From a bacterium (GTDB lineage: Bacteria; Electryoneota; AABM5-125-24; Hatepunaeales; Hatepunaeaceae), in the NCBI GenBank assembly GCA_021734165.1, contig JAIPJL010000004.1, positions 951 through 64,950 on the forward strand: 64,000 bases of DNA, given 5' to 3'. Under the pieces are notes generated by a model. The model worked only from the letters and a program-made list of their open reading frames with translations. It was not told the origin of the DNA and searched no databases. The position numbers and the translations under genes are program-made. The stretch's first letter is position 1; each line of letters begins with the position of its first letter. This document shows positions 48,372 to 56,024 of the stretch, piece by piece.

Positions 48372-49811
48372 CTACATTTCAAACATTGCAGCTTCTTCTT
48401 TACGCTCTTCTGCGCTTTTTGCTCCGGGTATCTCGATAGCCTTGAGGATAAGATCGTGCAGTCCCATTACTTTACAGGGCAGTTTGTAGAACTCAACTAA
48501 TTCTTTTAATTGTTTCTTACAATTTGCGCAGGGCGAAATAACGATTTCAGCGCCTGTTTCACGAATCTGATCAGCTTTCTGTTTCCCGCCAATGTTCATT
48601 CTAAAATTATAAATCTCATCAACTGAAACCAATCCACCGCCACCACCACAGCAGTAGTTATTAACTCCATGAGGCTCCATCTCAACGAAATCTTTGATAA
48701 ATGACCGAATTATTTTACGAGGTTGTTCTACAATCCAGCCTGAACGCGATATGTTACAGGGATCGTGATATGTCACTCGTTCGGTGATTATATTAGGATT
48801 AAGTTTGATCTTACCTTTTTCGATGCAATCGAGAGTGTATTCCATGAAGTTAAAAACGGGATAACTTTCTTTACCGGCAAATACCGGAACAAAATCATGC
48901 GCTGAGCGGGATGCATGACCACACTCACCGATTAATATTTTCTTCCCACGCAGGCGAGTTACCTCATGGACAAGTTGCTTGATTATATTTTCAAGATGCC
49001 AATCACTATAAAAAAGACCGTAATTTATACCATCGAAATCTTGTGTTCCAATCGTCCATTTATCCCAGTCACCGGCGGCGTAAAGAACAACAGCATTGCC
49101 CATTAAAGTATCGGGCTCAAGCAGATAGTCGCTTACAGCGCAGAAGAAGACATATTCACGATCATACTTATCAACCGGCGCTTCCATTCTTACTCCAAAA
49201 GATTCCTCAATCTCATCTGAAAGAAATTCCAATGTGTCCATCAATGCAACTTTCGGGATTTTTGAAGTGTTGTGGGTTTCACCCTCAAGCTGTTCTCTTG
49301 TTGCTACCTGCAAGGCTTTGGGAACAATACCGATCAGACTCAAGATGTACCTCCCCAAACGTGTCATCAGTCCGTGATCGACGCCCATAGGACATTCCGT
49401 CGTGCAACGTCGGCATGCAGTACAGCGATAGAAAAGGTCGAGCATTTCATCGATGATTTCCTCTGTCAAGTCAGTCCCATTAGAAAACCGAGAGTTTGCC
49501 CAGCCGCCAAAAGTGAAGTACCGTTTATATGTTTCTAAAAGCAGGTTAGTTCTGTAACAAGGTATGTCCTTAGGATCACCCGTTGCCAGATAAACAGGGC
49601 AAGTCACTGCACATCGGTTGCACTTGGCATTGGATGTACAATATGAGTCAAGAAGCGGTTTATAATCCGTGAAATGCAGTACCGCAGCAAATGCTTCAAG
49701 GAATCGCTCCACCCGGTTTTCCGTAACCGGATTTTCTATATAATATGGATAAGTCTTTTTACCGTTATCTCTTTGAACCAACGGTTTGACAGCTTCGATA
49801 ACTTCATCCAT
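48372..49811 (-). CDS. HmcF/TmcB (HdrD-like) Fe-S oxidoreductase with CCG domains
   Basis: CNRCAVTCP, CTACRRCTTECP, GECGHA, YHDPC, CCGGGGG, CANC; GGAGA RBS puts the start at 49811, and the ORF-track ATG at 49922 lies inside the promoter. Confidence 0.85.
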   Translation of the reverse strand: MDEVIEAVKPLVQRDNGKKTYPYYIENPVTENRVERFLEAFAAVLHFTDYKPLLDSYCTSNAKCNRCAVTCPVYLATGDPKDIPCYRTNLLLETYKRYFTFGGWANSRFSNGTDLTEEIIDEMLDLFYRCTACRRCTTECPMGVDHGLMTRLGRYILSLIGIVPKALQVATREQLEGETHNTSKIPKVALMDTLEFLSDEIEESFGVRMEAPVDKYDREYVFFCAVSDYLLEPDTLMGNAVVLYAAGDWDKWTIGTQDFDGINYGLFYSDWHLENIIKQLVHEVTRLRGKKILIGECGHASRSAHDFVPVFAGKESYPVFNFMEYTLDCIEKGKIKLNPNIITERVTYHDPCNISRSGWIVEQPRKIIRSFIKDFVEMEPHGVNNYCCGGGGGLVSVDEIYNFRMNIGGKQKADQIRETGAEIVISPCANCKKQLKELVEFYKLPCKVMGLHDLILKAIEIPGAKSAEERKEEAAMFEM

Positions 49812-49910
49812 CGTTAATTCTCCAATCAATTTTTGTGTATTGACGCTCGGTTGTTTATCGCCAGAGCTGCAATAAAATGTTCTTTGAAACCATAATTCGC
49901 TATGAACGTA

Positions 49911-49926
49911 TGCAAAGGACATACCA
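49911..49926 (-). promoter_or_regulatory. Sigma-54 (-24/-12) promoter of the Hmc-like operon
   Basis: Minus strand TGGTATGTCCTTTGCA: GG-N10-GC, exact spacing. Confidence 0.8.
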
Positions 49927-50102
49927 TTTTAACGATGTGTTAATGGTTCGCTGGATATTACCTAAATTTTCACAAACAAGCTTTCATTTTAACTTCATGT
50001 TATAAAAGCACGTACAGAAAATTTATAGATAAATGGATTTCTACCACTTACTGAATTATATAATTTTTCCAATATGGGAGTTGAACTAAGCATCGATTTA
50101 TA

Positions 50103-50139
50103 TGTCGCAAGTGTTGCAACATATTGTTGCAGTGAAACA
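50103..50139. promoter_or_regulatory. Candidate upstream activator sites
   Basis: Clustered TGT(T/C)GCA/TGCAACA half-sites including the perfect palindrome TGCAACA-TAT-TGTTGCA (50115-50131), about 180-210 bp from the promoter. Confidence 0.6.
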
Positions 50140-50407
50140 AATATTAAGACATCCATTAAGACGTTAAGTGGATATTCTGTAGCATTAATTCAAAGATTTC
50201 AAACAATTCATTTAGTATTCACTTGAGAATCAGATATATCCATTTCATTATTTATAATCTATTCCCACGATTATTTACCAAACTATTAATAAATCACTTC
50301 TGATTATTAAAAATACACACATTTTTGCAGACCGGATGGTGATTATACGGCACGTTAGTTGCTTGAGGTCGTATGTAGAACACGGAAAACTCTCTGGAAA
50401 AGATAAT

Positions 50408-51394
50408 TTGATTGCGATACCACTGCTAAAGGAACGAGTTGCGCCGCGCTGCACATTCGCAGAAAGCATTCTCGTTGCATCACTTAAATATGGTCGAGTC
50501 ACTGTTCAAGACAACGTTCCATTTGAAGGAAATACAAGTATTGATTTGGTGCGTACTTTAAATGAACAAGGCATTAGGACTCTGATCTGTGGTGGTATCA
50601 GCGAATCAGCCAGGGAAGCGCTTGTTTCATCCAACGTAGCCATCATCGAAAACGTTACCGGAACTGCTGAAGAAATACTTGAAGCATTAAAGTTTGGTAA
50701 AGTTAAATCCGGATTTGGATTTAATGCAATAGAGGATTCAGTTGTTGATGCTTCGTCAGCTAATGATACACCATCTGGAAACGGACTGGAAGCTCAGAAA
50801 AGAGAATTATCTGAAGAGATAGATTGCTTGAATTGTGTAGATCGAAAATGTTTAAGGGGTGAGAACTGTGTGGGAGAATTGGCGTCTAATCTGACTAAGA
50901 CGTCGAATGAAGTACAAGAAATGCTTGAATCGGCAATGGATGTGGCTTTCGAGGAAGAGCGGAAGTTATGTCGTATGGCTGAGTTGGTTTATTATTGTCT
51001 TGGAATGAAATACGAACGTATCGGCGTTGCATTCTGTATAGAACTACTGCATCCGTCAACAATTCTCGTCGGGGTGTTAAGGAGGTTTTTTAAAGTTTTT
51101 CCGGTATGTTGCAAAATTGGTGGAGTCGAAATTGAAGATGATAATAGTAAAAATCTGCATGGATATACAGTAAAACCAACCTGTCATATTGCCTGCAATC
51201 CCATTATGCAGGCTGAAATGCTGAATAGATTTGAGACTGATATAAATATTATAGTTGGTTTATGTGTAGGTGCTGACAGTATTTTCACAAGCGCAAGCAA
51301 TGCGCCTGTAACAACGATCTTTGTTAAGGACAAGTCTCTTGCTAATAATCCGATAGGCGCTGTTTACTCGGACTACTACCTTAATGAAATCTAA
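50408..51394 (+). CDS. NifX-family domain fused to a DUF1847-like Cys-rich domain
   Basis: IAIPL...RVAPR...LICGGI; C-terminal CCKIGG, CNPIMQA, GLCVGADS, VKDK...NP; TTG 50408 preferred over 50336. Confidence 0.75.
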   Translation: MIAIPLLKERVAPRCTFAESILVASLKYGRVTVQDNVPFEGNTSIDLVRTLNEQGIRTLICGGISESAREALVSSNVAIIENVTGTAEEILEALKFGKVKSGFGFNAIEDSVVDASSANDTPSGNGLEAQKRELSEEIDCLNCVDRKCLRGENCVGELASNLTKTSNEVQEMLESAMDVAFEEERKLCRMAELVYYCLGMKYERIGVAFCIELLHPSTILVGVLRRFFKVFPVCCKIGGVEIEDDNSKNLHGYTVKPTCHIACNPIMQAEMLNRFETDINIIVGLCVGADSIFTSASNAPVTTIFVKDKSLANNPIGAVYSDYYLNEI

Positions 51395-51444
51395 TTACGG
51401 TTTAACAAAAAAGAATAACAGTTTAATTTTTAAGGAGAAAGAAA

Positions 51445-51981
51445 ATGGCAATACCAAATTTAAACGCTGTCGGTTTCTGCGCTCATTATTCCCAACAAGG
51501 TGACTGGGCGTTCGATTATGCTTTAGGTTTATCTCGTGAGCATAGAATTCAACTGGATGTATTTCACTTCCTGGAAAATCCTTTTGATCCTAATGACAAT
51601 TCAGCGAAAAACCTTTCAAAAGCAGATCGACAGAGACTTGCTATCGAACGAGAACGTGAATTAAGGATGTACTATGACAGCCGCGCAGGTGACTATCTTG
51701 AAGTAGGATTCAGACTCTGCGAGGACAATGAATGGACAGAATTGCATCGTTGTTTGCTAATAAGAGAGTTCCAAATTCTCGTTCTTGGCTACATAGAAAT
51801 CGATGCGTACTTCGCAGGCAAACCGATAGAGGAATTTGCGAATAGTTTTGTTAGTCCGGTAATTTTGGTTGGTCCTGAAAACCCGGATAAATATTTGCTT
51901 AATAGTCCGGCAGCTCTCATTGCTGATAAACTATGCTTACCGGAGGGAAGCTGGCAGAAAATCGAACTTGTCTCTGCATGA
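51445..51981 (+). CDS. Universal-stress-protein-like protein (divergent)
   Basis: beta-alpha start (FCAHYSQQGDWAFDYAL...LDVFH), ILVLG, SPVILV; AGGAG RBS. Confidence 0.55.
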   Translation: MAIPNLNAVGFCAHYSQQGDWAFDYALGLSREHRIQLDVFHFLENPFDPNDNSAKNLSKADRQRLAIERERELRMYYDSRAGDYLEVGFRLCEDNEWTELHRCLLIREFQILVLGYIEIDAYFAGKPIEEFANSFVSPVILVGPENPDKYLLNSPAALIADKLCLPEGSWQKIELVSA

Positions 51982-52170
51982 TAGTAATGCAGGAATGCAA
52001 TACACAAAGGATTGACATTGACATAGAGAATATTTAAAATCCATTTAATCGTTAAAATGAGATATATATCAAGTGATAAGCATTGTTATATATGTCGATT
52101 AATCCTTATATTTAGTGGTATAATTGTTGCACAAGTCATTTTTGGTTATTCAAAGAAACAAAGGAATAAT

Positions 52171-53472
52171 ATGAACGATCTGAGTGAATTAATCTTCGAT
52201 AGTATCAGTGATGGTGTATTTACAGTAAATGATAAATGCATCATCACTTCTTTCAACAAAGCAGCCGAAGATATCACTGGATTCAAAGCTAAAGAAGCGC
52301 TTGGAAAACATTGTTTCGATGTTTTCCGTACAGAAGTCTGTCATAAAAGATGTGCACTTAAAGATACTCTTAAGAATCATGATCCTGTTGATAACGCTAG
52401 GGTGACTATTATAACCAGCGAGGGATGTGAGTTGCCAATTAGCGTGACCACAACTTTATTAAGGGATAAAGCGGAACGTATAATTGGCGCTGTTGAGTTT
52501 TTTAGGGACATTTCTGAGATCGAGCATCTTCATAAGCGTCTGGATGAACGGCGCATTTTAAGTGATATAGTCAGTGTAAACACTGAGATGCAGAAGCTGG
52601 TTCAACTGTTGCCCGATGTAGCTGAAGCTGAGTGCAATGTATTAATAGAGGGTCCCAGTGGTTCCGGAAAGGAATTAGTAGCGCAGGTTATTCATAATCT
52701 CAGTCCTCGCAAGTATGGACCTTACATAAAAATAAACTGTGCTGCCCTGCCGGCGACACTTCTCGAATCGGAGCTATTTGGTTATTCGAAGGGAGCATTT
52801 ACAGACGCTAAACGCGATAAACCTGGGCAGTTTTGCCTCGCCAACGGTGGAACCTTGCTGCTTGATGAAATCAGTGAAATGGATATATCGCTCCAGGTTA
52901 AGTTGCTAAGGGTACTGAATAATGGTGAGTATCAACCGCTTGGATCAACTAATACTATGCGGACTGACGCCCGGATTATTGCCGCAACAAATGCAAATCT
53001 TCAGAAGTGTATTGAAGAAGGACGCTTCAGAGAAGATCTTTATTATAGAATCAATGTTGTTAGTCTTCAGATTCCACCCCTTAACGAGCGGCCTGAAGAT
53101 ATCCCGCTTCTCGTTAATTACTTCATGCAAAAATTCCGTAAAAAAACAAGAAAATCTATCAATAAAGTTGCTCCGGAAACTCTTGCAGTATTAAGAAAAT
53201 TCCTTTTTCCAGGTAATGTCAGGGAATTAGAGAATGCTATCGAACATGCATTTGTCATGTGTCATGGCAGTGAGATCAGATCGGAGCACCTTCCGTTGAA
53301 TATCGTAAATAATGGTTATGCCACTAATGGTGTAACATCAGTTAAAACACATGAGAAGCAGGTTATTACTGAAGCCTTACAACGCAACCATGGCAATCGC
53401 AATCGCACTGCTGAAGAACTCGGTTTGCACAGATCAACTCTTTGGAGAAAAATCAGGATGTATAGATTATAG
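52171..53472 (+). CDS. PAS-domain sigma-54 enhancer-binding protein (OrpR-like)
   Basis: PAS with three Cys (GKHC...EVCHKRC), GPSGSGKE, ESELFGY.KGAFTDA, LDEI, FPGNVREL, Fis-type HTH; AGGA RBS before ATG 52171. Confidence 0.9.
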   Translation: MNDLSELIFDSISDGVFTVNDKCIITSFNKAAEDITGFKAKEALGKHCFDVFRTEVCHKRCALKDTLKNHDPVDNARVTIITSEGCELPISVTTTLLRDKAERIIGAVEFFRDISEIEHLHKRLDERRILSDIVSVNTEMQKLVQLLPDVAEAECNVLIEGPSGSGKELVAQVIHNLSPRKYGPYIKINCAALPATLLESELFGYSKGAFTDAKRDKPGQFCLANGGTLLLDEISEMDISLQVKLLRVLNNGEYQPLGSTNTMRTDARIIAATNANLQKCIEEGRFREDLYYRINVVSLQIPPLNERPEDIPLLVNYFMQKFRKKTRKSINKVAPETLAVLRKFLFPGNVRELENAIEHAFVMCHGSEIRSEHLPLNIVNNGYATNGVTSVKTHEKQVITEALQRNHGNRNRTAEELGLHRSTLWRKIRMYRL

Positions 53473-53590
53473 AAACTTCGAGGTGAAAAAGATCTCGTCC
53501 TCGAAGCTGCCAAAGCATTTTAACCTGCCATTTCTGGCATAAAACAGCTAAATTACTGCAATAGTGATTTAGCTGTTATTATTTGTAACT

Positions 53591-53610
53591 TATATATATA
53601 TATATATATA
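53591..53610. repeat. (TA)10 microsatellite abutting a -35 box
   Basis: Ten perfect TA units directly before TTGACT. Confidence 0.95.
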
Positions 53611-53639
53611 TTGACTTTTGCCGAGTGGTTTATTATATT
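53611..53639 (+). promoter_or_regulatory. Sigma-70 promoter of the lipoprotein gene
   Basis: TTGACT-17 bp-TATATT. Confidence 0.7.
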
Positions 53640-53710
53640 GTTAATACTATATCATTGAATTTTCCCAATTTTAATACATACAAATATCGTTTCACAGCTT
53701 GGAGGTTATC

Positions 53711-55996
53711 ATGGTCAAGATAAGGATTTTTGCATCATTTACAGTCATATTAATTCTAACCCTTCTGTTTGTCAACTGCACAGAAGACAGTCCAACAACA
53801 CCATCCATCGACTTTGTAGCGCCTTACGTCGAATGGGTGAACCTTTCAAACAGCGCGGAACTCTCCGGAACGGTTGAGTTCTCCTTCAGCGTCTATGATG
53901 AAAACGGCATTGATAGCGTTAAGGTCTATATCAATGGTCTGTTAGATCAGGGGTGGGGCAGACATTCCTGTCTGACATCCTGCTCCGACACCACAATCGC
54001 CTTCGCATGGAACACCCTTGACTACGAGGACGGCGTTTACATCCTCGAAGCGAGAGCCTGGGACACATCAGGCAACCTCGGTGTAAGTCCATTTTTAATG
54101 GTAAACGTCAGAAACAACGAAGAGCCTCCTCCCGATGATCACTTACCACCAATGATAATATGGGTGTCACCTGAAGCAAGCTCTGAGGTTTCAGGTGATG
54201 TAACACTGAGATTCAATGCAATGGACAACATTGGAATAGACAGCCTCAAACTATATGTGAATGGAGCCTGTCCTGAAGGATTTACACTTCAAGGACAGCA
54301 GGAAATAGAATACAGTATAGTCTGGAATACGGAAGATTTCGGCGACGGTGTTTACAGTTTAGAAGCGAGAGCCTGGGACACATCCGGCAACATGGGCACA
54401 AGTCCATCACTGATGGTGAATGTTAAAAACGATACAGATCCACCACCGGAAGACAGACTTGCTCCATATGTCCATTGGATAGCGCCTGAAGGAGGCAGTA
54501 CTCTCAAGGATACAGTCAGCTTACAGGTTGGTTTATATGATGAAAACGGCGTCGACAGCCTTAAGGTCTATATTAATGGCACACTCATAATGGGGAGCGC
54601 CGGCGCCTCCCCCCCTGCTGCTCAGTCTGTCCGAAAATGCACGAAATCTCTAACAATGTCATTCCCGCGTAGGCGGGAATCTAATAATAACAATGAGTTA
54701 ACAGATTCCTGCCTTCGCAGGAATGACACTCTTTTTAGTTCCCGTACTGGCTTGTTAATAGGAGGGAATAAAGGGGAAATTAAAGGGGGATTTAATCTAA
54801 CCACATCAACCGACACCACCATCACCATCGCATGGAACACATTTGACTATGAAGACGGAGTTTATATCCTCGAAGCGAGAGCCTGGGATACATCCGGCAA
54901 CCTTGGCACGAGTCCATCTTTAATGGTGAATGTCAAGAATGACGAAGAGCCTCCCCCCGAAGACCGCACGCCTCCGGTGGTTAGTTGGGTGTCGCCAGAA
55001 CCTGGAACTGAAGTATCAGGAGATGTAGAATTGTGTTTTCAGGTGATGGATGATATAGGGCTTGATTCGGTCCAGGTTTACTTGAATAGTCAAAAATGGC
55101 AAAACTTTAAATATATAGAAAATTATTTTGATACAAAAGTGATCTGGATCACATCTGACTACTCAGATAATAATTATATTGTAGAAGTGAGAGCTTGGGA
55201 TACATCCGGAAACATCGGTTCAAGTGAAGTAATTTGTTTCACTGTAAGGAATAATGTGCCGCGTGTTATCTGGGTGCCGGATGACTATGAAACAATTCAG
55301 GGCGCTATCAATGCCAGTGAAGATGGGGATACGGTGAGGGTCAGAGCGGGTATCTACTATGGAATGGTCTATTTCTGGGATAAAGATATATGGTTGGAAA
55401 GCGAAATGGGACCTGAATTAACTATAATTGATGCTGATAATGATAATTTCGGTGTACGTATTGACAACGGGCAGGATACAACAACAACAATAAGAGGTTT
55501 TATGATAATGAATGCTGAATTTAGAGGTATTGATTTAGTTTATAATTCAAGTATTCGAATGTTTAATAATATTGTTATTACACCAGAAGGTAAAAATGTG
55601 TGGTCAGATTTTAACAGATCAATTTATTTAAATAATATTTTTACAAACTCAGGAAGTGGTAATTTCGAGATATGGGTTTCTTATGGTTATATGTATAATA
55701 ATTTAGTTATCCACAGTGGTAGATATGCTATGTTTAATCGCAGTTACTTTGATAATCCCCTTTTTATTGATTATAACCTGTTTTGGGATTATCAAACGCT
55801 GCTAACAAATGAACCTTCGTTTAGGTTCGAGGAGAATAATATCTTTGATCTTGATCCACAATTCAGAGATGATAGTTTTATTTTAAGAAATAATTCCCCA
55901 TGTATTGATACGGGGCATCCGGATTTATTCGATTTAGATGGATCACGCTCTGATATGGGCGTTTATGGTGGGCAATATGCATACCCACCACCATAA
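53711..55996 (+). CDS. Lipoprotein with four Ig-like repeats and a C-terminal beta-helix module; carries in-frame repeat insertions
   Basis: GGAGG RBS; lipobox LFVNC; four W(N/I)T...(LEA/VEV)RAWDTSGN units; VPDDYETIQGAI...SPCIDTG module. Confidence 0.85.
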   Translation: MVKIRIFASFTVILILTLLFVNCTEDSPTTPSIDFVAPYVEWVNLSNSAELSGTVEFSFSVYDENGIDSVKVYINGLLDQGWGRHSCLTSCSDTTIAFAWNTLDYEDGVYILEARAWDTSGNLGVSPFLMVNVRNNEEPPPDDHLPPMIIWVSPEASSEVSGDVTLRFNAMDNIGIDSLKLYVNGACPEGFTLQGQQEIEYSIVWNTEDFGDGVYSLEARAWDTSGNMGTSPSLMVNVKNDTDPPPEDRLAPYVHWIAPEGGSTLKDTVSLQVGLYDENGVDSLKVYINGTLIMGSAGASPPAAQSVRKCTKSLTMSFPRRRESNNNNELTDSCLRRNDTLFSSRTGLLIGGNKGEIKGGFNLTTSTDTTITIAWNTFDYEDGVYILEARAWDTSGNLGTSPSLMVNVKNDEEPPPEDRTPPVVSWVSPEPGTEVSGDVELCFQVMDDIGLDSVQVYLNSQKWQNFKYIENYFDTKVIWITSDYSDNNYIVEVRAWDTSGNIGSSEVICFTVRNNVPRVIWVPDDYETIQGAINASEDGDTVRVRAGIYYGMVYFWDKDIWLESEMGPELTIIDADNDNFGVRIDNGQDTTTTIRGFMIMNAEFRGIDLVYNSSIRMFNNIVITPEGKNVWSDFNRSIYLNNIFTNSGSGNFEIWVSYGYMYNNLVIHSGRYAMFNRSYFDNPLFIDYNLFWDYQTLLTNEPSFRFEENNIFDLDPQFRDDSFILRNNSPCIDTGHPDLFDLDGSRSDMGVYGGQYAYPPP
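53953..53976. repeat. REP unit in frame in Ig repeat 1
   Basis: GTGGGGCAGACA-ttcc-TGTCTGAC, 18/24 identical to intergenic 16614-16637 with compensatory stem changes. Confidence 0.75.
54591..54793. mobile_element. Nested repeat complex in frame in Ig repeat 3, including a 129-bp MITE-like unit (54624-54752)
   Basis: ATTCCC-N8-GGGAAT (54661-54680) with inverted partner 54703-54727; imperfect ends AGTCTGTCCGAAAA / TTCCCGTACTGGCT (9/14); flanked by two halves of a C/G-tract element. Confidence 0.8.
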
Positions 55997-56024
55997 AATA
56001 ATAAATTAAATAGGAGGGCAAACA

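Noticed and set aside
50169-50184. Third sigma-54 site TGGATATTCTGTAGCA for the regulator operon
   Set aside because: Spacing is right but the -24 and -12 boxes match poorly, and it lies only about 30 bp from the candidate activator sites.
53535-53550. TGGCAT...GC as a sigma-54 promoter
   Set aside because: GG-to-GC spacing is one base short, and sigma-54 spacing is strict.
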